From a virus: 64,000 bases of DNA. Positions 36,450-46,888 of this stretch are shown one piece after another. Each line of letters opens with the position of its first letter. Positions within the stretch are counted from its first letter, which is position 1. The DNA lies in the IMG/VR virus record IMGVR_UViG_3300017990_000016, one strand, 5' to 3'. The notes below the pieces were generated by a model that searched no databases, had not been told where the DNA came from, and worked only from the letters and a program-made list of their open reading frames with translations. A program made the translations under genes and the position numbers.

Positions 36450-36956
36450 CTTAAGTTACCTCCCAATTTGATTGTGTAATTTAGATAAATGTATTAGTAT
36501 TTATACTTTTCTAAAGAAATAAGAAATCTAAGTTTTAGAAGCTTCTAAGTCTTAGTTTCTTTAACATAGAAGACGTTTTATCATAAAAATATAATATTAC
36601 ATATATATATATTAATTATATTATATATATATGCTAAGAGGAAGAATGATATTATACATAAAAAGTATACTGGTATCTTACCAAAAATATATAAAAAGTG
36701 TATATTAACAAAACTACAAAGCAAGAAGAGTAAAAAAATATAAAAACTTCCAAAATACCTTCTCTTTTATGGGAAAAAAAGAAGCAAAAAAGAATTTGTG
36801 GAAGAACATCAAAAATAACATTCTTTTTCAAATCTTTTTGATTCTTCTAGTAGCAATCGCAGCTGCATATTTCATCAGAGAAGTGGTAGTAAGAGTAATA
36901 ATCTATATAATACAGAATATAAAAATTTATTAATCAAAATATTACTTAAAATTTAG
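36450..36956. promoter_or_regulatory. second divergent AT-rich intergenic region with perfect palindrome and (AT)n tract (candidate origin / promoters)
   Basis: Strand switch here. TTAGAAGCTTCTAA is a perfect 14-bp palindrome at 36535-36548, flanked by tctaag/cttag. An AT dinucleotide repeat lies at 36591-36632. Total length is about 500 bp. Confidence 0.4.
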
Positions 36957-37646
36957 ATGTTTAAATTCGTTACAAACAGACCGAGCTTCTTAATCAACGT
37001 AAGATTATTAAATAATGGAGAAAATGTTAAGTCAAAATCTTTCTCAGTACAAACATTACATTCAATTGAAAGAATTCTTAGTGATGTTAAATATTTCGCC
37101 AAACTGCAAAAGAAGGGAAATTCAAAAAGAATAAACTACCAATTCGTAATAATGAATAACAATTCAAATAAGAATAAAAGCGCTGGATTTAAATTACAAG
37201 ATGAAAATCTTGATAGATTATTTGAAGAATTGAAAACTTTCATATTGAAGAAGAAGAAATATTATAGTATACCAAAAAGAACTCATATGGTAACAGTAAT
37301 GAATGTGCTCACCAAGGAGAATGATAATAAAAGTGCTTCATTTTGTACAGATTTATCATTGGCAGAAATTAGAAGAATATTCAGAAAATATATAGTAGAA
37401 ATTGTTGCACCGAGGTTAGACGATAAAATAGTATTCTTCGGAGAAAAAGGTTTAGCTTCTTCTCATAGAGTAGTTATATATACCAAACACAACAACATTG
37501 CATATGGAAAATCTTTATGCACAACAATAAGAATACCACATTATTCTTCTAAGGAGATTTTAGATGAATTATGCAAAATGGTAGATGATGAAAAATTTAT
37601 GGAGGCGAATATATATGGAACCAGCAGAATTGGAGAGAAGACCTAA
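36957..37646 (+). CDS. hypothetical protein
   Basis: 229-aa ORF. Confidence 0.5.
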   Translation: MFKFVTNRPSFLINVRLLNNGENVKSKSFSVQTLHSIERILSDVKYFAKLQKKGNSKRINYQFVIMNNNSNKNKSAGFKLQDENLDRLFEELKTFILKKKKYYSIPKRTHMVTVMNVLTKENDNKSASFCTDLSLAEIRRIFRKYIVEIVAPRLDDKIVFFGEKGLASSHRVVIYTKHNNIAYGKSLCTTIRIPHYSSKEILDELCKMVDDEKFMEANIYGTSRIGEKT

Positions 37647-37836
37647 AGGTTGGACAGCAGCAATTCCAGCTTCTGTAATAAGCTGCGCAATGACTTATGG
37701 TCTATTAGAATTCGGCAATCTTGATGGAAGAGACTATCTAGTTATATTCTTGATGTTCTTCTTTGTGGTTGCAGTATCCGGATTTCTACTAGGTCTTTTA
37801 ATCAATGTTATTATGGAGAGGAAAAATGAAGAATAA
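37615..37836 (+). CDS. small membrane protein (start revised to MEPAEL)
   Basis: ATG at 37615 follows GAGG. Two TM helices. Confidence 0.4.
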   Translation: MEPAELERRPKGWTAAIPASVISCAMTYGLLEFGNLDGRDYLVIFLMFFFVVAVSGFLLGLLINVIMERKNEE

Positions 37837-39727
37837 GCTGATACTAATATTATTAATGTTGCCAGTAGTTTTAGCATCTACACCTGATTATGAAATTCAG
37901 GATAATATAGAAACTACTTTAGATGTAGGCAGTCAAGACATGGGAGATTTGATATTTACACCTAAACCTTATATTAGTGATTTACATACAAAAAGCAATT
38001 ATAATAATGAGGTATATCAAAAATATGATAGATTGATATGGGAAGGACAACCTACTGAAATTAAAAAGGGAGCTACTACAGTCGTATTAACTTCTGGTAG
38101 TCAATATTATTTTGATACTATAGGAGAATATAGGTTATTTAATTTAGCAAATTCAACATTAAATGCTACAATTACAGTTGAAGCTGAAGATATACCAACT
38201 TATACATTAACCTTAGTTACTCCAAATGGAATTGATGGAACTTTGAGTTCAACATATTTGAATCTACAGCAGCAAAGAATAGTGAATTTAGATTTGGATG
38301 TTGATGAAGATTTAACACCTGCAACTTACGATATTGAAATTCGTATGGATACAGATACACCAGGTTTAAGCAATAGAATACTTGAATATAATATGGTATT
38401 GCCAGAAATTGAAACTTGGGAGATAAAAGAAGATAATGTTGGCAATGTTGCATATGGAAAAACTGGCAAAGTTGTTGATTCAGGAGAAATCATAATAAAA
38501 AATACTGGAAATATCAACTTTAATATTGAAGTTAGAACTGAAGGTACAGCTAAGAATTTTGTACCTACTTATGGTAGCCAAACAATATTCAAAAAATCTA
38601 CCCTTATGATTCCGCTTCAATTACAAATTCCAGCTAAACAAGCCAAGGGAAATTATACCCTCACCCTTTTGATTGATGGCGGAGACAATGAGACATATGA
38701 GAAAGACATAATAGTGGTTGTTCAGGACAATATACCACCAGAAATTAAGTCGGTAGAATTTCAACATGGTTATGCATTCTTGAACAACACTATTATTGTC
38801 TTCACTGAAGATAATCTGGGAGTACATAATACAACAATTTCTTATGATGATAAAACTTATATTATGAAAAAAGACGAACAGAAATTTTCATATAATACAA
38901 GATTTGAAAAGTTGAGTAGATATTTATTTGAGATTTGTGTATACGATAATGATGGAAATACGTTATGCGAATCATTCAATAGAACATTTGAAAAATTGGA
39001 TATAATACAAGCTCAGAAAAAGGTTAAGTTTCCAAAAGTGAAATTTGGTAGTTTCGCTAGAAAAGAAATGTTCAACCTTACTACTGAAGAAGTTAGTGAT
39101 ATAAAGGTTAGATTAGTTGAATTCTATGCAGATGGAATTAATCAAAGCGACATATTCAATAAATGCACAATAAGGTTAGTTGATGGTGATGGAACTGTTA
39201 AGAAATTCAGCAAATATGAAGATAAGATAGTTGTAGACGAAAAAGGCGCAATATTATTAGAAGTAAATTGTGATACTATTACTAAATATAATGGCATATT
39301 TGAATTTGTATTGCCAGGTTATATTGAAGATATTGATGATATTAGATTTGAAGGAGAATTTGCTGATTATGGTTTACCTGAAGATTTTGAACGTGAGTGG
39401 TTTGGCAAAACTCTTGATTGTGATGTTATTGATATGGGTGATTTAGAAGCTTCATATTATAAATGTGAATTAAAGTTAGATATTTCAACTAAACAAAGTG
39501 ATTTACCTATACCAACAACTATCAATGAGAGAGAACAACTTGACAAAGAACTCGAAGAACAAGAAGAAGAATTCAATAAAAAAGCAACAAGGTATAAAGT
39601 TGTAATAGGTCTATTGATTGGGTTTTTGGTAGTAGGAATAATATTCATATATTATTTCAATAGTATCTATCCTAATCTAAGATTTGCAATAACTCCAAAA
39701 GAAAAGGATACTAAAAAACGAGGTTAA
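37826..39727 (+). CDS. secreted surface protein with C-terminal TM anchor
   Basis: GGAGAGG SD then ATG. Signal peptide MKNKLILILLMLPVVLAS. C-terminal helix VVIGLLIGFLVVGIIFIYYF. Confidence 0.6.
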   Translation: MKNKLILILLMLPVVLASTPDYEIQDNIETTLDVGSQDMGDLIFTPKPYISDLHTKSNYNNEVYQKYDRLIWEGQPTEIKKGATTVVLTSGSQYYFDTIGEYRLFNLANSTLNATITVEAEDIPTYTLTLVTPNGIDGTLSSTYLNLQQQRIVNLDLDVDEDLTPATYDIEIRMDTDTPGLSNRILEYNMVLPEIETWEIKEDNVGNVAYGKTGKVVDSGEIIIKNTGNINFNIEVRTEGTAKNFVPTYGSQTIFKKSTLMIPLQLQIPAKQAKGNYTLTLLIDGGDNETYEKDIIVVVQDNIPPEIKSVEFQHGYAFLNNTIIVFTEDNLGVHNTTISYDDKTYIMKKDEQKFSYNTRFEKLSRYLFEICVYDNDGNTLCESFNRTFEKLDIIQAQKKVKFPKVKFGSFARKEMFNLTTEEVSDIKVRLVEFYADGINQSDIFNKCTIRLVDGDGTVKKFSKYEDKIVVDEKGAILLEVNCDTITKYNGIFEFVLPGYIEDIDDIRFEGEFADYGLPEDFEREWFGKTLDCDVIDMGDLEASYYKCELKLDISTKQSDLPIPTTINEREQLDKELEEQEEEFNKKATRYKVVIGLLIGFLVVGIIFIYYFNSIYPNLRFAITPKEKDTKKRG

Positions 39728-39728
39728 A

Positions 39729-40211
39729 ATGTTATTTGGAAAAAAGCGAGATTTTTTATTTTATGCAGACAAATGTCTATCTGGTACTTTTGTTAGAATT
39801 GATGATGAAGGTAATGAACCTGGGTATGTAGATTTGTGGTATATTCCAATGAACAGTTTTTCAAGAACTGCTATTAAATATCCTAAACCTATAAGAAAGG
39901 AGCATATACATTTCTTGAATCCGACAGAAACTTCAACTCCGGGTGTAGAAGAAAGAGTAGTATTTATATACACAGGAGAAAATGGGTCATTAATAAGTGA
40001 TGTTATTGGAAAAAGACTACAAGATACAATTAAGGATTTAAGGAACAGAGTTAATGACTTGAAAATGCAATTGTCAGCAGCAAAACAAACTGTTAAAGAT
40101 TCAACATCAAGTGCTGAATCTGCTGTGGCTAGGGCAAGAGCAATAACAGGAACAAGAAGAGACTCAATGATGCAACCACCAGGTTTTAGGGATGAAGATA
40201 TTGAATTTTGA
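39729..40211 (+). CDS. hypothetical protein
   Basis: 160-aa ORF. Confidence 0.5.
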   Translation: MLFGKKRDFLFYADKCLSGTFVRIDDEGNEPGYVDLWYIPMNSFSRTAIKYPKPIRKEHIHFLNPTETSTPGVEERVVFIYTGENGSLISDVIGKRLQDTIKDLRNRVNDLKMQLSAAKQTVKDSTSSAESAVARARAITGTRRDSMMQPPGFRDEDIEF

Positions 40212-40221
40212 GGTGTAAAAA

Positions 40222-41022
40222 ATGACTTTTGAACAATATGAACAGACTGAAAATCACAGTCAAGTAGAAACAATATTAGAAGAATTAAGAGCTGCAAATC
40301 TTTCTTTGACAAATTATAAGAAATTCAATGAAAGGTTAAGAAATACAACACAAATAATAGATGCTCAAATTGAAAATGATAGGCAAAATTATGATGATGT
40401 ATATAATGCAGTTCAAGAGATAAAATCTTCTGAGGCATTTGAACAATGCAAAATTGACAATGTTATACCATTAGAAATGTATAAGAATATGGTCTCGTTA
40501 GTTAAGATGTTGAAAGATGCAATATCCTGGGAAATATTAAAGTCAAGCATATACAATATTTTATATGATAAATTATTGATTTTGATTGATGAGGCAAATG
40601 CAGTTCAAGTTAGACGAGATGCATTAAATGAAATGAGAGAAATGGAGAAAGAAAGAAACAAAGCAATAACAGAAGCTTTAGGTCATAAAATGGCTATGTT
40701 TGATGAGAAAGTAATGGTGCTTGTTAAACAAATGCAAGATGACCATAGAAATGATTTAAGATTTGCGTTAATGATGTTTGAAAATATAGTAAAAACATTG
40801 AATGTAGATAAAAGTGAAATTAGCAGTGTAACAAAAGAGATTGAAGACAAAAAAGCAGAATTAACTCAGGAACCAAAACAAGTTAATAAACCACCACAAA
40901 CTTTTACACCAATAGAGAAAGAACAAAAGGAGGTACACCAAGAGAATATATTTGAACCAGAGAAAGGTGATGATACATTGGAAGATATAGAGAAAGAATT
41001 TTCCAATGAGGAGGAATTTTAG
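40222..41022 (+). CDS. coiled-coil protein
   Basis: 266 aa with charged heptads. Confidence 0.5.
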   Translation: MTFEQYEQTENHSQVETILEELRAANLSLTNYKKFNERLRNTTQIIDAQIENDRQNYDDVYNAVQEIKSSEAFEQCKIDNVIPLEMYKNMVSLVKMLKDAISWEILKSSIYNILYDKLLILIDEANAVQVRRDALNEMREMEKERNKAITEALGHKMAMFDEKVMVLVKQMQDDHRNDLRFALMMFENIVKTLNVDKSEISSVTKEIEDKKAELTQEPKQVNKPPQTFTPIEKEQKEVHQENIFEPEKGDDTLEDIEKEFSNEEEF

Positions 41023-41370
41023 ATGATTTTGATTAGGGTATTTAAGAGATACAAAGGCAAAAAAATTCAGGCAATAGACCAAAGAATAATTATGAAATTC
41101 CCTAACGATTATGACTTTGGTTTTGATATTTACAAACCTGAAAATTGGAAAAGATGGCTGTCAAATTATAAAGACAAAAAAGGTAACTATCTACCAAGAG
41201 AAGATAAAGACGGAATGAAAGTGGTGTATAATGTATATGTATTTGGTATTTCAGAATGGATGGAATTTAAACCAATATCAGGTGGATATGTTAGCTTGTT
41301 TCCTGGATACGACAAATATGGTACCCATTTGAAAATTGCACAACATGGAGAATTATATCCAAGGAAATAG
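41023..41370 (+). CDS. hypothetical protein
   Basis: 115-aa ORF. Confidence 0.5.
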   Translation: MILIRVFKRYKGKKIQAIDQRIIMKFPNDYDFGFDIYKPENWKRWLSNYKDKKGNYLPREDKDGMKVVYNVYVFGISEWMEFKPISGGYVSLFPGYDKYGTHLKIAQHGELYPRK

Positions 41371-41379
41371 GTGATTTAA

Positions 41380-41574
41380 TTGAATGTTTGTATGGCATCT
41401 TTTTATTTATCATATTTCATACATGTATTGCTGTCAAATGTATTATTTTTCCTAGCAATCAAATTTGCAGATTCAAATATGAAGACTTTAGTTATGGTAA
41501 AAGTATTTTTTGACATGGCAATATTATTAACCTTACCTTTATTAATGTTTATGACGAGTGGTATATGTGGATGA
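41380..41574 (+). CDS. small membrane protein
   Basis: 64 aa with two TM helices. Confidence 0.35.
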   Translation: MNVCMASFYLSYFIHVLLSNVLFFLAIKFADSNMKTLVMVKVFFDMAILLTLPLLMFMTSGICG

Positions 41575-42274
41575 AAAAGGCAAATTTTTCATAGCTGTAA
41601 TAATATTTTTAGTAGTTATTATAGCAGTATCTTTCTTCTTTAAGCTATATTCCATTTGGAGTTTGGTCGGTATGATATTTTACACAATAGTATTTTTTGT
41701 ATTATATTTATTCATATTATATGAAGGTAGAAGATTGGAGATTGAAAAACATAATTATGAGGAGAAAAAGCAATCATTTAAATGGTGCTGGAATAAGATT
41801 AATGAAGTTCTAAGAAAAATGCCAGGTGGAGAAGGTGTTGAATGGGAAGGTGGATTTGGTAAAAGAAGTGAGATTAAATATTTCACAGATGGAAAAATTC
41901 AACATCCTTTTAGATATGTATTTGGTAGTTTATCAGAGACAAAACAACCAGTATTGATTATATTCGATATTGACAAAGAAGATATTGCTAGGTATTATGC
42001 AAATCCAACACCAACATTAATTGAAAATCCGTTCAATGGATTTAAACCTTTTGCTACTTATGATAGAGATAGGTCTGGTTATAGAGACTGGATGTTTGGT
42101 AGAGATAGAAGAAGAGGTTTTTACCCAAGTTCTTATGGACAAGGAGTTAGTGAATTAGGTCCCGGTAAAGAAGCTGAGTACTCTGAATTTCCAATTTCTC
42201 CTTCTGAAAATCAAGTTGGAAGAGCAGTTGATAAACTGAAAGAATCAGATGAACGCAGACAGAGAGACAAGTAA
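41558..42274 (+). CDS. membrane protein (2 N-terminal TM) with soluble domain
   Basis: 238 aa. Confidence 0.5.
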   Translation: MVYVDEKGKFFIAVIIFLVVIIAVSFFFKLYSIWSLVGMIFYTIVFFVLYLFILYEGRRLEIEKHNYEEKKQSFKWCWNKINEVLRKMPGGEGVEWEGGFGKRSEIKYFTDGKIQHPFRYVFGSLSETKQPVLIIFDIDKEDIARYYANPTPTLIENPFNGFKPFATYDRDRSGYRDWMFGRDRRRGFYPSSYGQGVSELGPGKEAEYSEFPISPSENQVGRAVDKLKESDERRQRDK

Positions 42275-43502
42275 ATGGAAGACTTTTGGCAATAAGTATA
42301 TGAAAGAGTCTTTCATAAAAAAGAAAGAGAAGATATTAGAATACACTAAAGCCAATTTACTTATAGGCAAAAAATCAAATGGGGCACCTTATTTTTTAGA
42401 TTTAAGAGAAGCTTGTAGGATTATATTAATTGGTGCAACTAGGTCAGGAAAAACATTTGGTATTAGGTCAGTTTGTGACCGACTTAATTTGACTGACCGA
42501 CATATAGTATTTTTGAATGATTGTAAGAATGAGTTTTATAGTTCTCGTGATGAAATTCAACATAAATTTCGTAATTTATTATTTGAAAGTGAAAAACCAA
42601 GAGGAATGAAAATTGTAACTTTGAGACCAACATTCTTTAAGTCTGTAATAAATGATTTGCCACAAGGTAATTTTTGGTTTAGTATAGATTTTAGAGATTT
42701 CACTAGAAATGATTTTATGACAATGATGAATAGTCAAGAACTTACCAATCCGCAAAAAGTCATTATAGAATTATTATATCAAGAACTTCAAAACAGATTT
42801 AAAAGAGATAAAAATCTTAAATTCTCGTTAGACTTGATTAATGAGATTATTGATGAAATTGATGATATAACTTCTCAGCAAAAAACTTCTATGAAATTTA
42901 AATTCAGGCCATTAGAACATAGTCATTTTTATGAAGAACAATTTGATAGGAATATAATAGGTTTATTGAAAAAGGATTATAGTATAGCAATAAATATGGA
43001 GAATTTTGACAGCTTTGGTAAGGGCAATTTTCTGTTTCCTGAAGTAGTATTAAGTGTAGTTGCAAGAAAAGTCATAATGGCCAGAAGAGCAAAGAAAATT
43101 AAAGAAGTCTGGTTGGTAATTGATGAGGCACCAAGGTTTTTAGGTACAGACAAACAAACATCAATAAAGCATTTAGTCAATGAAAGTTTTATGCTGGATA
43201 CTCGTTATGGAGTCAATTATATTATTGCGTCACAAACATATAATATTATTCCACCTGATATGAAAGAGAATTCAAGGTATATTTTTGTACCAAGAAGTGT
43301 TGATGTAAGTGTATTCAAAGATATACTAAATGATACAGGACTAACAAGGAATATTCAAAGCGCAAATAATGATGCAATTAGAATGAAAAGATTAATGAAT
43401 TCAATACCTTTTTCGTGGTTAGTTATAGATAAGTCACACGGAACAAAAGATGTGATTACTTTTTCAGCTCCATTAAGCCGACATATAGAAACTGGCCAAT
43501 AA
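42249..43502 (+). CDS. FtsK/HerA-superfamily P-loop ATPase (candidate DNA packaging or transfer ATPase)
   Basis: Walker A ILIGATRSGKT. Walker B VWLVIDEAPRF. 417 aa. Preceded by membrane proteins. Confidence 0.5.
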   Translation: MNADRETSKWKTFGNKYMKESFIKKKEKILEYTKANLLIGKKSNGAPYFLDLREACRIILIGATRSGKTFGIRSVCDRLNLTDRHIVFLNDCKNEFYSSRDEIQHKFRNLLFESEKPRGMKIVTLRPTFFKSVINDLPQGNFWFSIDFRDFTRNDFMTMMNSQELTNPQKVIIELLYQELQNRFKRDKNLKFSLDLINEIIDEIDDITSQQKTSMKFKFRPLEHSHFYEEQFDRNIIGLLKKDYSIAINMENFDSFGKGNFLFPEVVLSVVARKVIMARRAKKIKEVWLVIDEAPRFLGTDKQTSIKHLVNESFMLDTRYGVNYIIASQTYNIIPPDMKENSRYIFVPRSVDVSVFKDILNDTGLTRNIQSANNDAIRMKRLMNSIPFSWLVIDKSHGTKDVITFSAPLSRHIETGQ

Positions 43503-43559
43503 TTATTTTATCAAAATATAAAAAACATTTATAAATAATGAGTTTTATAGATTGATAAA

Positions 43560-43853
43560 ATGAAGTATAAAGGAGAAGCTATCAAAAATAAGAAAGTGAT
43601 AGAAGAAGGTTATTTCAATGGTGGTCATCCAAGAGAAGTAACTAGAAAGCTAGTTTCTTTGATGAAAGATAAAAATAAGGAATATGATAGGTCTATTATA
43701 TATATAGCTAACGAAGCTGGAGAAAAATGGATGTTTAGTGTTAAAAGAACTAATGGAACTACTTTTGTTAGACCTATAAAATCAAGTTCAATGCTAAATC
43801 AAGATGAATTAGATATGATATTTTCAGGAAATCAAAGAATTGTGGAAACTTAA
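43560..43853 (+). CDS. hypothetical protein
   Basis: 97-aa ORF. Confidence 0.45.
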   Translation: MKYKGEAIKNKKVIEEGYFNGGHPREVTRKLVSLMKDKNKEYDRSIIYIANEAGEKWMFSVKRTNGTTFVRPIKSSSMLNQDELDMIFSGNQRIVET

Positions 43854-43855
43854 AA

Positions 43856-44110
43856 ATGCCAAAACACATAAATGAAAAAAATTTAGTAACATACATAATG
43901 AAATATGAATCTGGTGAAATTACTTATGATGAATATTTCAGTTTATTTGGCTATCTAATCAGGACAAAAAAAGCATGGTCTCTACAAGGAATGTATGGTA
44001 GAGAAGCTTCAACTCTTATAAAATCTGGACTAATAAATAGAAAAGGAGAAGTTCAGTGGAAAGAAATTGAAAAATCAGGAATAAAACTCAATAAATCAAT
44101 GTATGCATAA
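43856..44110 (+). CDS. hypothetical protein
   Basis: 84-aa ORF. Confidence 0.45.
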   Translation: MPKHINEKNLVTYIMKYESGEITYDEYFSLFGYLIRTKKAWSLQGMYGREASTLIKSGLINRKGEVQWKEIEKSGIKLNKSMYA

Positions 44111-44232
44111 TGAAGAAAATCAAAATTAATGGATGGGCAATTTTTGGTGCTTCATTAACTTTGATTATTATCATATTCCTCGTTTACTTGATAGTTACGG
44201 GGCAGACAGAATTCCTGATGATAGGACAATGA
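44110..44232 (+). CDS. unlisted tiny membrane protein (40 aa)
   Basis: The ATG's first base overlaps the upstream TAA stop (TAATG). MKKIKINGWAIFGASLTLIIIIFLVYLIVTGQ. Its stop overlaps the next ATG as ATGA. Confidence 0.3.
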   Translation: MKKIKINGWAIFGASLTLIIIIFLVYLIVTGQTEFLMIGQ

Positions 44233-44522
44233 CACAAGTAACAGAGAAAAACGGTGCTATCGAAGTTAGAGGTCAAGAGTTTGACATGAAACTTGACCAA
44301 AATCGGAAGATTTACGTTAAAAGTAATTTATTCAAAGACCAATATCATTTCATCGGAGAAAGACTACCACCAGGATTAACAAAATCAGAGAAAAAACATT
44401 ATATGTATGTTTTGCATACTAAAGTAGAACAATCCTATCAAGATAAAAAAGAGGCAGAAAAAGGTTATTTGGAAGGTGAAGTTAAAGATGAAGAAAACAA
44501 GAATGAAGATGATGATGAATAA
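44229..44522 (+). CDS. hypothetical acidic protein (start probably MTQVTEK; track ORF begins 44133)
   Basis: ATGA coupling at 44229. Acidic C-terminus. Confidence 0.4.
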   Translation: MTQVTEKNGAIEVRGQEFDMKLDQNRKIYVKSNLFKDQYHFIGERLPPGLTKSEKKHYMYVLHTKVEQSYQDKKEAEKGYLEGEVKDEENKNEDDDE

Positions 44523-46623
44523 ACTTTTAATATTCATGCTAACTATATTATTAGTAGGCGCAACGGCGTTCTCAGCTTTCGCACAGGAACAAGAAAATGA
44601 TGTGTCTGATGGTAGAGTTGGTGACCCAGACTATTATTTAACAGAGGATATGTCAATTTGGGATAGACTACAGTTGTTCTTTTCAAAATCTGGGGGAGAA
44701 CTTACAGTTATAGGAGGAGCAACCTGTAGCGCATATCCCGATGAAAGTTATGAACAATTAAATTGGCCTTATGATAGAATGTGTAGGTGGAATGACAATC
44801 ATATTGGAGAAGCGTTTCAAGTTTTCTATGTTAAACCTGATGGTTCTGGTTGGGACTTTTTAGGTGAAGCTCAAATACAACAGGGAGATAGAGGTTGCAT
44901 AGATACTCCATATTACCAAGGAACTTACCATTGGGACGTTTATTATTGTGATGATACTGTTGAAAGAACATGTTCTGAAACTGATGGTGGAAGAGATTAT
45001 GATGATTATGGACAAACAACAGTTTGTCTAGGAGATGATTGTAGTACTTATTATGATGAATGCGATTCTACAACTCATGTAAGAGAGAGGTATTGCGACC
45101 CAGATGATTCGCTTGCTTCAACATCTTATAGATGTGATGATTATTGTGATTCAGGTGCTTGTGTTACTGAAGAAGAAGAACCAGAAGAACCAGAACCTGA
45201 AGAGGAACCAAGTGTTTGGTTTCAAGATTTATGGATTAATGGATTACAACAAGAAATTACCGTCGTTCAAGGAGAAGAATACGAAATTAAAGGTATTATA
45301 TACGTTACTGGAAATTGTGAAGGTTGTGTAATTGAAACAGGTGGAGATTTTTATGGTGAACAATATTCGGTTGTTTCTTCATCAACAGGAGCTTGTGGTG
45401 ACGACCAAACATTAGGTGTTAAATTTGATGCTGAAGATGAAGCAGTTACATTTTTCTTATATGACAAAGTAACAAGAGAACCAGGTAGATATAGAGTACC
45501 AATATTTGTTTTTGACCATTGTTACGAACCTGGAAATCCAACAACAAGATTAGAACAGGCACATTTTTTCCTTAATGTTGAACCAGAATTTGACCCAGAT
45601 GAAGCATTAACTGATTGTTATAAATGCGATGGAGCAAATTTAGAACATAGAGAATTTGTAGGTGATTGCCCTGCTGACTATTATCCAAATGAATTGACTT
45701 GTGAAGTTGATAACACAGTTGTTTGCTATCATTGTAATGGTGAGAATTTAGTACAGGAAGAACATGAAGGAAATTGTCCTCAAGGTACAACTGAAACAGT
45801 ACCAGAATGTGGTACAGAGAATTTACTAAAATGTTACTATTGCGACAGTAATGACGAACTAAAAATGGAAGAACATTCTGAATGCCCTCAAGGAACTACA
45901 GAAAATAAACCATTTTGTTCAAACCAAGAATTGACTTGCTATTATTGTCAGGGACAACAGATGAAAACTCAAGTCGTTCAGGATGACATATGTCCGCAGG
46001 GAATGAGTGAGAATCAACCAACTTGTGATAGTAATGAAATGACTTGTTTCTGGTGTTACCAAAATGAATTAAGTTCAGGATTTTATGAAGATGAATGTCC
46101 AAGAGGAACAGATGATGAACCTCTTGATTGCACACCTTCAAATCCAGTAACTTGTTATTGGTGTAATGAAGAAAATAAAATTGAATCTGGAATATATGCC
46201 AATTTTTGTCCATTAGGAAAATCATTAGAAACTCCAAGTTGTGGTGAAGAAATTGATTGTTATTGGTGTGAAGAAAATCAAGTTCAAGTTCAATCATATG
46301 CTTCATGCCCAACAGGAACTTTGGATTATGAACCAAGTTGTAAAGAACCTTCAGTTTCATATTGCCAAAATAGGTTAGACGACCCAACTTGCACACCAGT
46401 ACTTTGTAGAGATGATAAAACAAGAGATATATGTAAAACAGTTTGTTGTGAAGTTGATGATGGATATGATTGGAGATTTGATGGACAATGCGGAATTGTT
46501 GCTAATTCAGATAATTGTTTGAAAGAACCAGAAGTTGGAATTGGTGTTGTCATAACAATTGTTGTATTAGCAATATTACTATTTGTAGGAATATTTTATA
46601 TTTCACAGAGGAGGCGAAAATAA
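44476..46623 (+). CDS. secreted Cys-rich tandem-repeat surface protein with C-terminal TM anchor
   Basis: Signal peptide (likely start MMNKLLIFMLTILLVGATAFSAFAQ, near 44510). About 8 repeats of roughly 37 aa: C[YFW][YWH]C-x13-14-CP-x-GT-x-E-x-P-x-C. C-terminal VVITIVVLAILLFVGIFYISQRRRK. Confidence 0.7.
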   Translation: MKLKMKKTRMKMMMNKLLIFMLTILLVGATAFSAFAQEQENDVSDGRVGDPDYYLTEDMSIWDRLQLFFSKSGGELTVIGGATCSAYPDESYEQLNWPYDRMCRWNDNHIGEAFQVFYVKPDGSGWDFLGEAQIQQGDRGCIDTPYYQGTYHWDVYYCDDTVERTCSETDGGRDYDDYGQTTVCLGDDCSTYYDECDSTTHVRERYCDPDDSLASTSYRCDDYCDSGACVTEEEEPEEPEPEEEPSVWFQDLWINGLQQEITVVQGEEYEIKGIIYVTGNCEGCVIETGGDFYGEQYSVVSSSTGACGDDQTLGVKFDAEDEAVTFFLYDKVTREPGRYRVPIFVFDHCYEPGNPTTRLEQAHFFLNVEPEFDPDEALTDCYKCDGANLEHREFVGDCPADYYPNELTCEVDNTVVCYHCNGENLVQEEHEGNCPQGTTETVPECGTENLLKCYYCDSNDELKMEEHSECPQGTTENKPFCSNQELTCYYCQGQQMKTQVVQDDICPQGMSENQPTCDSNEMTCFWCYQNELSSGFYEDECPRGTDDEPLDCTPSNPVTCYWCNEENKIESGIYANFCPLGKSLETPSCGEEIDCYWCEENQVQVQSYASCPTGTLDYEPSCKEPSVSYCQNRLDDPTCTPVLCRDDKTRDICKTVCCEVDDGYDWRFDGQCGIVANSDNCLKEPEVGIGVVITIVVLAILLFVGIFYISQRRRK

Positions 46624-46624
46624 G

Positions 46625-46888
46625 ATGGCTCAAATTAAACCAATTGGATGGATTGCTATCTCATTGGTTATAATTGCAGCTATAGTCGGAGCCACTATGC
46701 TTAGTGTTATAATGGGACCAGGAGGCGAATTAAGACCATTGATTATTGATGGTGAACACATACAAAATTATAATGAATTGCGTTCCGTCTCTGGACAAGA
46801 ATTAAGTGATAGTGAATTTGAAAATGCTGGGATTATACAACAAGAAGATGGCTTATATGCTTATTACGAAACGGGTGTTGCAGGATGA
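46625..46888 (+). CDS. small membrane-anchored protein
   Basis: 87 aa with an N-terminal TM. Confidence 0.45.
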   Translation: MAQIKPIGWIAISLVIIAAIVGATMLSVIMGPGGELRPLIIDGEHIQNYNELRSVSGQELSDSEFENAGIIQQEDGLYAYYETGVAG

